Positions 30,972 through 41,304 of a DNA stretch of 57,840 nt are shown here, piece by piece; positions within the stretch are counted from its first letter, which is position 1, and each line of letters opens with the position of its first letter. Position numbers and translations under genes: made by a program. Under the pieces are notes generated by a model, which saw only the letters and a program-made list of their open reading frames with translations, ran no database searches and had not been told where the DNA came from. The stretch comes from Candidatus Falkowbacteria bacterium RIFOXYA2_FULL_47_19 (lineage in GTDB: Bacteria > Patescibacteriota > Patescibacteriia > Patescibacteriales > UBA12075), in assembly GCA_001780275.1 (NCBI GenBank), contig MFGB01000017.1, positions 1 through 57,840 on the forward strand, written 5' to 3'.

Positions 30972-31829
30972 TTATAATTTTAACCAGTTTTTCGGAAGTA
31001 ATTCGTCATGATTATATTTTTCAGTCGCGAACCATTTTCGGGGAGCAATAACAATTTTTTTTGGGTTTTCATTAAGCCAAGCACCCCACCAAGAGAAAGA
31101 GCTGTTGGCAATGATGTTATGTTGGCAGCGGCTCATAAGAATTAGCTCTTCATAATCTTCTAATTTTTTATAGCGACTGATAAAAATGGTTGAATGGGGC
31201 AGGGTTAGGTTTTTTTTAGTCCAAGGAATATCATCTGAAAAAACAAAAATATTCGGGTTTTTTATTTTTGAAGTTAAGACTGTAAGGGCGCGATAGTAAT
31301 ATTCAGGAGGTAAAAGTCCGTATATGCTTGAAATTTTTTCTTTTAGGTAATCACCTCGCCTGATATGAAGAGAAATTGAATTCTCGTCGAAGACAGATAG
31401 GAGGTCAGGAAATTTTTTCTCTAGCGGAATTTTTAATTTGAATTCCTTTCTGATGTCGTTTTCCATGTCGGAAAAATATTTTTCGCTTTGCCAATAACCG
31501 TCAAAGTAAAGATTTTTATTTTTTATTTTTAGTATATCTTCATTGAATTTATATCCCAGATATTGAATGTACTTTCTTTGAAAACGCGGTTTGAGTCTGT
31601 CTGCTATTTTTTGCCAGCCGCTAATTCTGTATCGCGCAATTTCTTCCCTGGTTGCTATATTTTCCTCAATTAAAAAATTATTCAGCCGATAACGCCGCTG
31701 ATTATTTTTATCGTCATATTCAGTTATATCCAGTTTGTGCGGGGTGTTATTTTTTGTCGCCAAATTTTTTCCGGCTGCATATTGAAAAAGTTGATTACCG
31801 AGTCCGCCCTGGATTTTAACTATAATCAT
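30972..31829 (-). CDS. Alpha-1,2-fucosyltransferase-like, GT11
   Basis: GGLGNQLFQYA, GYWQSEKYF, HIRRGDY, ANSSFSWWGAWL. Confidence 0.95.
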   Translation of the reverse strand: MIIVKIQGGLGNQLFQYAAGKNLATKNNTPHKLDITEYDDKNNQRRYRLNNFLIEENIATREEIARYRISGWQKIADRLKPRFQRKYIQYLGYKFNEDILKIKNKNLYFDGYWQSEKYFSDMENDIRKEFKLKIPLEKKFPDLLSVFDENSISLHIRRGDYLKEKISSIYGLLPPEYYYRALTVLTSKIKNPNIFVFSDDIPWTKKNLTLPHSTIFISRYKKLEDYEELILMSRCQHNIIANSSFSWWGAWLNENPKKIVIAPRKWFATEKYNHDELLPKNWLKL

Positions 31830-33598
31830 TTTTTTTGTATTAAATATGGCCCCATTACTAAGTATTTTAACCCCGAATCTTCAAAGGTGTGCATAGCATC
31901 TTTCGGTCCCTCTACGTTTGGCTCTCCGTGTAGATTAAAAGAAGTGTTCAGAATCCCGCCAATTCCGGTTAGTTTCCTGAATTCTTCTATAATTACATGG
32001 TAATCGGGGCTTAATTCTTTGTTAACGATCTGCGGGCGGCTCGTTTTATCGTAGGGGTGTAGCGCGGCCACAAGCTCCCTACTCGCTTTTTCTGTCGTGT
32101 TATAGGTTATGACCATGTAATTACCGTTCGTTCGTTTGGGGTTATAAATATATTCCTCCGCATATTCTTCGGCGATCGAGGTGGCAAACGGCATCCAGAA
32201 GTCCCGGTTCTTTATCATTTCATTGATGATCCTGATGTTTTCGTAGCTGGCGGGATTGGAAAGAATCGACCGGTTGCCGAGTGCTCTGGCGCCGAATTCC
32301 ATTTTGCCGTCAAACCTGGCGATCACCTCATTTTTAGCGAGCAATTCGGCGATTATTTTATTCAGATTATTCGGTTTGGAAATAGCATGCTTGCTAAAAT
32401 AACCGTTTTGATTAAGAAATTCTTTTATTTCTCCTTCGCTATACTCCGTGCCCAGATAATAGGTTTTGACAGGATTGACTACGAAATCGAGGTTATTGTT
32501 TTGGCAAAATTTTTTATAACCGTATAGACATCCACCCAAGACAAGGGATTCATCGCCGGCACTCGGGGTAACCGTAAAACATTCAACCTCCGGCATTTCG
32601 GCGATTTTTTGGTTCATTTTTACGTTCATGAATACGCCGCCAGCGACGGCGATTTTCTTTATGCCGGTTTTAAGAATCCAGCGTTTAACCCATTCAAGTG
32701 TTATATTTTCGGTGAATTTTTGGATGGCGCCGGCGATATTGTCAAATCTTTCATATGTCAAATTTTCTCTTAAATAATATTTTGTCAGCTGCATGGGAAT
32801 ATTTTTACATTTAAATTCATCTTTGTCGTTCAAGCTGAGAATATTTTCAAAAATCGGCAGAAGGGTTTCGGCGTATTTTTCCTTGGCGTATGGCGCCATC
32901 CCCATTACTTTAAATTCATGTTCGTCCGGCTTCATGCCCATAAAAGCAGTTACTTCCCGGTATAAGTAACCAAGTGAATGAATACGATTGATTTTAGAAA
33001 TGGTTTTAATTTCATTATTTTCAAATATGTTCACAGTGGCACATAAGCCATCTCCCTCACCGTCAAGCGTAAATACCAGGGTTTTTTCTTTTGAGTTCTC
33101 TAGAAAGGGGAGAGTTGAGTGGGCGTGGCACAGATGATGGTCTAGGTAAATTATTTTATTTTTTTCCGCGTTAAGCGTCTTGCTGAAGTATTCTTCCATC
33201 TCAAGTTTGTCGTTTTTATTTATATTTTTTGCGTCCGAAGCGAATCGCTCTTTAGCGCTTTTATAGAAATAATCCGGGAATAACTTGAATTTAAGAACAG
33301 TCTTTAGGGAAATATTTTTTTCTGTTTTAGAATACGCCGAATTATATGCCGAGGATTTAAAATCGCTCTTTTTGAGGTATTTGTATCCAAGTGGCAGTTT
33401 CTGTGTCAGGACATAATAGTCTATATCCGAAGCAAATTTGTCTTTTATATATCGCAAAGATAATTCCGGAAAGCCAGTGGAATTTTTTATCCGATTGAAT
33501 CTTTCTTCGCTGACGGCAAAAGTTATTTTTCCGTCTTGCATTAGGGCTACGGAGGCGTTGTGGCCGTAATGTATGCTGATGATGTTATTTTTTTTCAT
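31826..33598 (-). CDS. Carbamoyltransferase, NodU/CmcH family (#2)
   Basis: SEERFNRIK, HHLCHA, DGEG, KVMGMAPY, EFGARALGNRS, NTSFNLHGEP. Confidence 0.95.
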   Translation of the reverse strand: MKKNNIISIHYGHNASVALMQDGKITFAVSEERFNRIKNSTGFPELSLRYIKDKFASDIDYYVLTQKLPLGYKYLKKSDFKSSAYNSAYSKTEKNISLKTVLKFKLFPDYFYKSAKERFASDAKNINKNDKLEMEEYFSKTLNAEKNKIIYLDHHLCHAHSTLPFLENSKEKTLVFTLDGEGDGLCATVNIFENNEIKTISKINRIHSLGYLYREVTAFMGMKPDEHEFKVMGMAPYAKEKYAETLLPIFENILSLNDKDEFKCKNIPMQLTKYYLRENLTYERFDNIAGAIQKFTENITLEWVKRWILKTGIKKIAVAGGVFMNVKMNQKIAEMPEVECFTVTPSAGDESLVLGGCLYGYKKFCQNNNLDFVVNPVKTYYLGTEYSEGEIKEFLNQNGYFSKHAISKPNNLNKIIAELLAKNEVIARFDGKMEFGARALGNRSILSNPASYENIRIINEMIKNRDFWMPFATSIAEEYAEEYIYNPKRTNGNYMVITYNTTEKASRELVAALHPYDKTSRPQIVNKELSPDYHVIIEEFRKLTGIGGILNTSFNLHGEPNVEGPKDAMHTFEDSGLKYLVMGPYLIQKK

Positions 33599-35099
33599 GT
33601 TTGCAGTTTGATTTATAATAATTTTTTAACATCGAATAAATCTTATTCGGCATAACTCTTTTAGCCAATTTTATGAATAGTATTTTGAGAGTAGACGGGT
33701 TTTTTTTTAAGTATTTAGTAATGGTTGGAATCATAGATAGTTGTCTTATGAGACCAATGGGTGTTATTAGTCTGTTTAGTGATATGTAGCTCAACAAAAC
33801 CTCTTTAAAACGAAACAATCGCTCTTGGCTATGTTCAAGGGTAAAAAGAGGCGTAGGAACGTCATTGAACCAAAAATCATCATTTATTTTTCCGCTTGCT
33901 TTTGTAATTTCGTATACTTCCGTGCCGGGATAAATTGTTAATACGGCTACATCTTCAGGGTAATAAACGTATTTTATTTTTTGTAATTTTTGTATCAATC
34001 GCCCGGTTTCTTTAATGGTCTCCATGGTTTCTCCGGGAAGACCTACTATCAGAAAGGCGAGTACGGCCATTTTTTTATCGGCGAATATTCTAAAAGCATT
34101 GACGGCATCTTCCGGGGCGATTCCCTTTTTACATTTTTTTAATATTTCTCGGTTTCCGCTTTCCAGACCCAATAATACTTTGTGAAAATTAGCCTCTTCC
34201 ATTTTTTTTACCATTTCTTCACTAATCGGTCTCAGGCGACCACTGCACGTAAAATTTAGCTTGATGTTATTTTTTATGATTTCATTACAAAATTCAATTA
34301 CCCTTCGATTATCTATGAAAAAGGTGTCGTCATGTATCCAAACTGATTTAATGTTCGGTAATTTTTTCTGTATGTATAGAATCTCGTCTATAATATTCTT
34401 GACAGATCTTTTCCTGACCCGTCTTTGTGATATTTTATCAAGGCAGCAAAAACTGCAGTTAAAAGGACAGCCTCGGGAGGTAATGATACAGGCCGCGTGG
34501 CTTTTTGGAGTAATAAATTCCTCGTGTTTTGGGAAGGGTAGCTCATCCAGATTTTCTATTAGCGCCCTACCCGTTGTTTTTATGATTTCGTTACTTTCAT
34601 TTGCGAAAGCTATCCCGGCTATCATGTTTAAGTCGGGCTGGTTTTTGTCGAGTTCATTTAATAGCTTAGACAAGGTAATTTCCCCCTCGCCCAACACGGC
34701 GATCACATAGGGGTATTTTTTTAATATACTTTCGTACAAAACGGTCGTGTGTATTCCGCCAATTATGATTTTAATATTCGGATGATTTTTATGCAGATAT
34801 TCTACGGTGTCGAAACTGCTTATTCTATTCGGGGTCAGTATTTGCAAACCAACAAAATCAGGTTTAAAAACGTCTAGGGTAATTTTTATTTTTTTTAAGC
34901 AGTAAGAAAATTCGTGATTATTCAAAAAAAGACTTTTTACCTGATAACCGTCTTTTTCCAGATATGAATGCAGATAAGCTATCCCCAGGGGATAATGAGA
35001 TGTATCGTCGCCCGTTTTGACACCTTTTTTTTTACCGTGGCTAGCGGTCACCAAAGATATGTCTTCGAAACTTGTGCTTAACAAAAGTATTTTATTCAT
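33585..35099 (-). CDS. Cobalamin-binding radical SAM protein (#4)
   Basis: HYPLGIAYL, GGIHTT, GEGE, RGCPFNCSFC, HDDTF, GLESG. Confidence 0.93.
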   Translation of the reverse strand: MNKILLLSTSFEDISLVTASHGKKKGVKTGDDTSHYPLGIAYLHSYLEKDGYQVKSLFLNNHEFSYCLKKIKITLDVFKPDFVGLQILTPNRISSFDTVEYLHKNHPNIKIIIGGIHTTVLYESILKKYPYVIAVLGEGEITLSKLLNELDKNQPDLNMIAGIAFANESNEIIKTTGRALIENLDELPFPKHEEFITPKSHAACIITSRGCPFNCSFCCLDKISQRRVRKRSVKNIIDEILYIQKKLPNIKSVWIHDDTFFIDNRRVIEFCNEIIKNNIKLNFTCSGRLRPISEEMVKKMEEANFHKVLLGLESGNREILKKCKKGIAPEDAVNAFRIFADKKMAVLAFLIVGLPGETMETIKETGRLIQKLQKIKYVYYPEDVAVLTIYPGTEVYEITKASGKINDDFWFNDVPTPLFTLEHSQERLFRFKEVLLSYISLNRLITPIGLIRQLSMIPTITKYLKKNPSTLKILFIKLAKRVMPNKIYSMLKNYYKSNCKHEKK

Positions 35100-35112
35100 A
35101 CCGTTTATATCG

Positions 35113-35943
35113 TCATCTGTAAATTTTTTCTAGTTTATTAGTACCCTCAATCCAGTTAGCGGGGCTTTCTTTTTTTTGCTTTAATAGTCCGGTCTTACTG
35201 TAGGTATTCAGCTTGAATTTTGTTATTTTTCTGATGCGCCTGGACCATTCCACGTCCTCGCCTTCACCCCAGCGCAATTTTTCGTTTAGGGGGTTGTTCA
35301 GATAAAAATTACGCTTAGCTACGAAATAAGTACCGCTGATGATTTGATATGGCGTACACTCGGCGTGATACGGAAGAAGGCCTACGCCAATATTCGGGTA
35401 ATCCCAGGTTATCCAATCACGGAAGCGGGAGCCGTCATTATTAAGTATTATATTCATGCAAACATCGAAATTTTCACCGAATTTATCAAAACCCTTCTTC
35501 CAGCCGGGCAAAAAATGCACATAATCATGGCAAACGACTATTTTGTCGAAACGAGTGGATGCCACACCTAGATTTTTCTTGCGCGTTATCCAACCCGGTG
35601 ACCACCTCAATTCCCGGTATATAAGATGACGGATATTGCTTTGTGGTTTTATCTGGATATTAAGATTCTTTGGGCCGACAACAATGACTTCATGTGGGGT
35701 TCCGGACAACTCTCTTTCAGCGGAACTGATTAATTTTAAAAGATAGTCTGGTGCCTGACCGCCAGTGGTAATAACTATCGACCAACCGTTATCTATTTTT
35801 TTTGTTTTTGCGCCTATGGCATCAGGATTGTTTATTTTTTCATAATAATCATTAATCAAACGCATAATAATATCAACCCCCAGTAAGCGCCTGAATTTTA
35901 CTAAAAAAATTTTGGTCTTTAGAATAATAATTTTATTATGCAT
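35113..35943 (-). CDS. Putative GT-A fold (GT2-like) glycosyltransferase
   Basis: EVIVVG, WITRKKN, CHDY, WGEGEDVEWS. Confidence 0.65.
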   Translation of the reverse strand: MHNKIIILKTKIFLVKFRRLLGVDIIMRLINDYYEKINNPDAIGAKTKKIDNGWSIVITTGGQAPDYLLKLISSAERELSGTPHEVIVVGPKNLNIQIKPQSNIRHLIYRELRWSPGWITRKKNLGVASTRFDKIVVCHDYVHFLPGWKKGFDKFGENFDVCMNIILNNDGSRFRDWITWDYPNIGVGLLPYHAECTPYQIISGTYFVAKRNFYLNNPLNEKLRWGEGEDVEWSRRIRKITKFKLNTYSKTGLLKQKKESPANWIEGTNKLEKIYR

Positions 35944-37423
35944 TTTTAGTTTTTGCGTGAAATAAATTTAATAGTTTTCTAAACTCATATTTGCTTTTAT
36001 TAATAAGGCGAATGGCAAAATCTATCGGATATCTATTTATGATTATACGCAGTGGCAGGGTTACTCGGGATTTTACCATAAAGTCTGACATAAACAATTT
36101 ATTTATGCATTTCGGAATATTGATCGTGTTAAAATAAAAAAGAGAGTTGGCGTAATTATATTTGATATCCCTTCTGTAGTCCTTGTTGAATTCAGAGCGC
36201 AGTGATGGAAGTATTCCGTCTTTTAAGGCGCGCTCAGCTATGGCGGTACCCGGAAAAAACTCCAACGTATAAAGGCTTAGTGTTTTGGGCTGTGGAAGGG
36301 AAAGCCATAGTTTTAAACTATCTCTCCAGTCATTATTGTCCTCATAGGGATTATCAAGAATAAAACCGTAATCAGCCTTCAATCCCCGATCCTTGAAAGA
36401 AGAAACTATATTGGCCGCTTTTATCACCTGTTCGTTGGTTACGAATCGTTTATAAATCTTTTTCAAAATCCTTTCAGACCCCGATTGCACTCCAAAAGAT
36501 ATGCCCCTTAATCCGTAATTGACCAATAATGAAATTTTTTCCTCAGTAACAAAAGGTGGGGTTGCATTAATCGTAAACGTAAGGCCGAGGTCTTTGTTTA
36601 TGAAACTTGCTATGTTTTTTATCTCCTCTGCGTTTCTTACTAAAAAATTATCATCGTTTATGGCAATGTGGTTAACAAATGGGAGGTTAGCAAGGTGCGT
36701 TTTTAATTCCTTTTTTATTCGTTGAGGCGAAGCTAGTCTGTGCCACTTATGTTTGGAGTCGCGGGCCAACTTGTGATAAAGCGAATTGGAACAGTATGTA
36801 CAGGAAAAGTTGCAACCCCGTTGTCCGTAAAAAAGAAAAGAGTTTCCGAAAAATTTCCTTTTTTTTAACGCCTCTTCCGGAATTTTTATTATTTCGTTAT
36901 GGCCGCGTATAAACAGATAGCTATTCTTTAGTCTATAATCGGGAAACGGTAGGTTGTCCAGGGATTCCGCGAAAAAATATTCTGACGGCCTTTTGATTTT
37001 ACCGTTTTGTTTCTGAAAAATATTCGGTATATTCAAATCAATTTTTTTATTTATAATTGATTCATAAAGCCGTCTGAGCGGTTCTTCGCCCTCTCCCACG
37101 CACACAAAATCAGCGTGTTGAAGTGATTCCTCCGGTAATGCCGTTGGGTGTATTCCACCCAGAATTATGGGGATTTTTAGTCTGGTATTTATTTCCCTTA
37201 TTATTGGCAGACAGATGTCCCAATCTTTGCTCATTAGCGAAAAACCGATTAATTTTGAACCCCGGGAAATTTCTATAACCCTCTCTATTACAGACGCCGA
37301 CAAACAACTGCATTTATTTAAGTATATTACCCTCGCAGGGATATTGAAGTGTTCTACGTATGCTTTTAATGATTTTATACCGATCTCCTGCAGGGGATTA
37401 CTATTGGTAATTAAAGTTATCAT
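35936..37423 (-). CDS. Cobalamin-binding radical SAM protein (#5)
   Basis: LGGIHPT, VGEGEE, RGCNFSCTYC, DDNF, GVQSGS, FPGT. Confidence 0.92.
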   Translation of the reverse strand: MITLITNSNPLQEIGIKSLKAYVEHFNIPARVIYLNKCSCLSASVIERVIEISRGSKLIGFSLMSKDWDICLPIIREINTRLKIPIILGGIHPTALPEESLQHADFVCVGEGEEPLRRLYESIINKKIDLNIPNIFQKQNGKIKRPSEYFFAESLDNLPFPDYRLKNSYLFIRGHNEIIKIPEEALKKRKFFGNSFLFYGQRGCNFSCTYCSNSLYHKLARDSKHKWHRLASPQRIKKELKTHLANLPFVNHIAINDDNFLVRNAEEIKNIASFINKDLGLTFTINATPPFVTEEKISLLVNYGLRGISFGVQSGSERILKKIYKRFVTNEQVIKAANIVSSFKDRGLKADYGFILDNPYEDNNDWRDSLKLWLSLPQPKTLSLYTLEFFPGTAIAERALKDGILPSLRSEFNKDYRRDIKYNYANSLFYFNTINIPKCINKLFMSDFMVKSRVTLPLRIIINRYPIDFAIRLINKSKYEFRKLLNLFHAKTKNA

Positions 37424-37444
37424 GAACTTAAGGTTAAGATTATT

Positions 37445-38308
37445 TTAAACCGTTGATACTTGTTTACGGTTTGTTTCCACTAAAATATTGTAGTCTTTTA
37501 GAGGATTATAGGATAATGGTTCATTGGAACATATCATAATGTGGGGCAGTTTTGTCTCTTCGTTGATGCGGTAATAAAAATAAAGATTTTGCCAGGAGAT
37601 CAGTTTTTTTTCATGTAGTTTCTTTATGTCGTCCATAATGCTGTGGTTTTTCCAGCGCTCCATCATTACTACGTATTTTTTGGAAAAGTTAAAAAGATTT
37701 TTTAGGGCGATCAGGTGGGATTCGTTCGTGTGAATATGCATGATTACGGCTTGCGTGAAACTAAGATCCGCCACCCCAGTTAATTCCGGGAGCAGGGGGG
37801 ACGTAGCGTCGATTTTTCTTATTTCCGCCTTTATATCCGGGTAGCATTCCCTCAAAAAAGCCAATTGACGTTCGTCTTTGTCTGTGCCTAATAATTTCAT
37901 GTCAGGGGCCAGGACGTACAGGTTGTGCAGGTGCATACCGTTGCCGCAGCCCATTTCTATGACGATTTCCGGTTTAAGCTGCAGTATGGTTTCGTACAAA
38001 AGGTGGTGATTGGCGTGCAGGGGCTTGATATCCGGATTGGTTTTTTCGAGTTTTCCGTTTTTTGCGGCATAATCCCCGGGCGCAAGGCTCATAGTATGAA
38101 CCTTTGCCTCTTCCCTTAGCTCTCCACGGTAATGCAGATTATAAAGTCTCCAATTGAACATATCGGCGTTATCAGATCCGATTGTTTTGATTATCCGTAA
38201 TTTTTTCCCCAACCTGACCATCAATTTTAAGAGATGATATTCGATGTAATATATATTCGAATAATTGTGTTTAGGATCTTTTATGAAATTAATTATTTTT
38301 TTGATCAT
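37445..38308 (-). CDS. Class I SAM-dependent methyltransferase
   Basis: EMGCGNG, FTQAVIMHI. Confidence 0.8.
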   Translation of the reverse strand: MIKKIINFIKDPKHNYSNIYYIEYHLLKLMVRLGKKLRIIKTIGSDNADMFNWRLYNLHYRGELREEAKVHTMSLAPGDYAAKNGKLEKTNPDIKPLHANHHLLYETILQLKPEIVIEMGCGNGMHLHNLYVLAPDMKLLGTDKDERQLAFLRECYPDIKAEIRKIDATSPLLPELTGVADLSFTQAVIMHIHTNESHLIALKNLFNFSKKYVVMMERWKNHSIMDDIKKLHEKKLISWQNLYFYYRINEETKLPHIMICSNEPLSYNPLKDYNILVETNRKQVSTV

Positions 38309-38318
38309 AATAACGAAA

Positions 38319-39332
38319 TTATTTTTTAATATCTTTTAATATATAGCTAGTCAGGGTTTGGGCGTAGGTGGAGGCCTTGAACATATTTGCTCGACCGCTA
38401 CTTAAGTAATCAGATATATTATTAAGAATTTGCGCCAGAGTCCTTTCATTGAGACTGCAAATATGCTTATATAATTCTTCGTAAGATTCAAATTTTCGGC
38501 GGTCGATATAGCAGTCTTCGGGGATAAGCTTTTCTATGTTGGATGCGCCCCAGTATATCGGGATGCAGCCCGCCGAGAAACTGTCGAATATTTTTTCCGT
38601 AACGTATCCGGGGATTCCCCGCATATTTTCGTAGCATATGGAAAAGCGGAATTTTTGCAGAGTGGAATGTTTTGATTCGAGTACGCCTCCGTAGCTTATG
38701 TTTTCAAGCAGGAACAGCTTTAAAATCCATTGCGGCGCCCGGCAGAAGAATTTGTTCAAATGAGGCCGAAACAAGTAATTCGGCCAACCCTTTCCGTAAT
38801 ATTTAAAGTTTTCCGGATGGTATTTCGTGAACCACTTGACCGCTTTATACCTTTCCGAATACAGTTCGTCCGGGTGGAGATAAAAATATTTGAATCCGGA
38901 AATCATGGTGCATAATTGGCGGTCATTACTTTTTATATCCCCGGGATCATACCTGAATCTATAGCCGAAGCGCAGAAGAAAATATTTTTTGTTATCCACC
39001 AAAGATTCGTCCCAGGTGAATATTCGGTCAAAGCCTTCGTGATTTTTTTTATTCCAATTGGCCGGTAAAACCACGGGCGGTTCGACGATCAGTAGGTATT
39101 TTTTTTGGTTATGTTTTTTAGCCGTCCTGGCTCCCGGCGCCGAATTGTAAATAACGATATCCGCCTCTTCGATTTTATTTATATCCTCGGTCGCCAGATC
39201 TATGTCATGTTTTTTTAGTTCTTCCTTTAGCGTAATGTCGTAAGCATTCAAATTATCCCTGATGTCTTTTGAAAATCTGTAGTTGTTGTAGTATATAGGA
39301 TTTTCCACGACCAGGGTTGCTTTGTATTTCAT
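38319..39332 (-). CDS. Glycosyltransferase family 10 (fucosyltransferase-like)
   Basis: FRFSICYEN...GYVTEKIFD...GCIPIYWG. Confidence 0.92.
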   Translation of the reverse strand: MKYKATLVVENPIYYNNYRFSKDIRDNLNAYDITLKEELKKHDIDLATEDINKIEEADIVIYNSAPGARTAKKHNQKKYLLIVEPPVVLPANWNKKNHEGFDRIFTWDESLVDNKKYFLLRFGYRFRYDPGDIKSNDRQLCTMISGFKYFYLHPDELYSERYKAVKWFTKYHPENFKYYGKGWPNYLFRPHLNKFFCRAPQWILKLFLLENISYGGVLESKHSTLQKFRFSICYENMRGIPGYVTEKIFDSFSAGCIPIYWGASNIEKLIPEDCYIDRRKFESYEELYKHICSLNERTLAQILNNISDYLSSGRANMFKASTYAQTLTSYILKDIKK

Positions 39333-39335
39333 ATA

Positions 39336-40277
39336 TTATCGGGGTGACCAAACGATCACGGAATAACCGTCTATAAAAAAGCTGCCGATATAGGATCTTT
39401 GGGCTTTAAGAATTTTGATTTTGTTCTGTTTTTCTAATTTATATAAATGCGACAAAAAACCTTTTAGGTAATTCCTTTTTTCGAAATATTTTAGGGAAAG
39501 GAAGTCTAACAGATTATTTTCGTCCAATAATTCTCCAATCGGTTCAACGTGGATGCATAATTTTGGCTTATTGCCGATTAGAAAGTCGATAAATTTATCA
39601 AATTTTTCACCTACCTGTTCTAATGCGGCTACTGTGTAGATGACAGAATTTTTGCCTAGTTTAAATTTTTTATCAGGATTAAAAAAATCAAATTTTTTCG
39701 CGAAAAGCTTGTTGTTGTTTTTCTGCGCAGCAATTTTTTGAATGATTTTTTGCGATGATTCAACCCAATCCAGCCCCCACAGATTCGCATTTCGGTTTAT
39801 ATCCCTTATTTCCAGCAAGTGGTGTCCCGTGCCACAGCCGAACTCGTAAATCGAATCGGCATCCCGCATGTACTTGTCGGCCAGCCAGCCGACTATAACG
39901 GCCAGGGAGTTGCGTTCAAAATTTTTCGAGTGTGCCTTAATTAGTTTTTGATTAACGCGCACTATATCATATTTTCCAAAATAATGGGGGATTATTGCCG
40001 AGGAATTACCGTGCTTTTTTAAATTAGCCAGATTTTCCCCCCAGCCCTTTTCCCACTGCCCCAAACGATGCTTACCCGAATAAACCAACCCTCGATCAAG
40101 CAAGGTATCCACAATTTTTTTAATACAGTCATCGCGTTCATCGGGCGTGATATGCCGGTAGCGGAAACCGTAATCCTTGATTTTCTTTTTAGTATAAGAA
40201 CTAAGTTTTTCGCCGAACATCCGTTCAAAATCGTCTGTTTGCAATTTGTTTTGCGTATTTATTTTATTCATAGCCAA
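39336..40277 (-). CDS. Class I SAM-dependent methyltransferase-like protein
   Basis: YEFGCGTG, WGLDW, TVAALEQ. Confidence 0.75.
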   Translation of the reverse strand: MAMNKINTQNKLQTDDFERMFGEKLSSYTKKKIKDYGFRYRHITPDERDDCIKKIVDTLLDRGLVYSGKHRLGQWEKGWGENLANLKKHGNSSAIIPHYFGKYDIVRVNQKLIKAHSKNFERNSLAVIVGWLADKYMRDADSIYEFGCGTGHHLLEIRDINRNANLWGLDWVESSQKIIQKIAAQKNNNKLFAKKFDFFNPDKKFKLGKNSVIYTVAALEQVGEKFDKFIDFLIGNKPKLCIHVEPIGELLDENNLLDFLSLKYFEKRNYLKGFLSHLYKLEKQNKIKILKAQRSYIGSFFIDGYSVIVWSPR

Positions 40278-40281
40278 TTGT

Positions 40282-41304
40282 TTATATGATTTTAAGCCAG
40301 CTATCCAGAGACATATTAATTAAACCGGCATAATTTGTTTTTTCGATTTCCAGCAAGTTCTTATTGATCCATTCGGCGACATCGTTGATTGATTCTTTAT
40401 AGGACAAAGAGGGCTTAAAATCAAATTCAGCATTAAAGGCCGAGCAGTCTATTTGCAGGTTTCTTAAATCCCCGATATCGTGCATGGGGGCTATTTTGCA
40501 GCTAATAACATCCTGAATACCCGTTCCGAATTGCATTTTTGATAAGTTATAACTGCCGATATTATACAAAAGTTGTTTCCAGGAATTTTTTTCTATGACC
40601 TTAAAGTAACCATTGACCAGATCCCTGATATCAATTGCCGCCCGGTAAGCATTTAGTTCGGATATCCTTAAGACGCCTTTGGCGATAGCACAGTAAGTGA
40701 AGTGGTTCGGCAAAAGTTCAAGTCTCATGCGGGGCGCCGGACCACAGACGGTGGCCGGTCGGAAAACGATAATTTTGAATCCGGGGTTGGCCGCGATTCT
40801 TTCTTTGATGTATTCCTCCATCTTTAGTTTGTATTTGCAGTAATTATCGGTCGGTTCGGGCAGGGAATCTTTTTCGGTCATTAGTTTCAGATCTTTTTGA
40901 TTGCCATACAGACTGGAGGAGGAATTATATATAACCGGGATGCCAAGTTTTTCGCAGATTACCAGAACGCCCCTGGAAGCATTATAATTAATATCTTCCG
41001 TATAGCGGGGATTGTGGTTGCATGCATAAACGCTGCTGAGTTCGCCCATGTGTAAAATATAATCCGGTTTGAACGCCTTGATGGATTTTTCCAATAAATC
41101 AGTATTCCTTGTGTCGCCGATTATCGTTTGCAGGGAAGACCCCTCTTCGCGCTCAAGCTCAACCTCTTTGATTATTTGGTTATAATTCTGTTCGTAGATC
41201 AGTGAATCGTATAAAGCGACATCACAGCCCCTTTTTAAAGCCTCCCGGGCAAAGACAGTGCCTATGTAGCCCAGGCCGCCAGTAATAAAAAATTTATTTT
41301 TCAT
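40282..41304 (-). CDS. NAD-dependent epimerase/dehydratase (extended SDR)
   Basis: ITGGLGYIG, SSSSLYG, YCKYK (YxxxK), RPATVCG. Confidence 0.9.
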   Translation of the reverse strand: MKNKFFITGGLGYIGTVFAREALKRGCDVALYDSLIYEQNYNQIIKEVELEREEGSSLQTIIGDTRNTDLLEKSIKAFKPDYILHMGELSSVYACNHNPRYTEDINYNASRGVLVICEKLGIPVIYNSSSSLYGNQKDLKLMTEKDSLPEPTDNYCKYKLKMEEYIKERIAANPGFKIIVFRPATVCGPAPRMRLELLPNHFTYCAIAKGVLRISELNAYRAAIDIRDLVNGYFKVIEKNSWKQLLYNIGSYNLSKMQFGTGIQDVISCKIAPMHDIGDLRNLQIDCSAFNAEFDFKPSLSYKESINDVAEWINKNLLEIEKTNYAGLINMSLDSWLKII

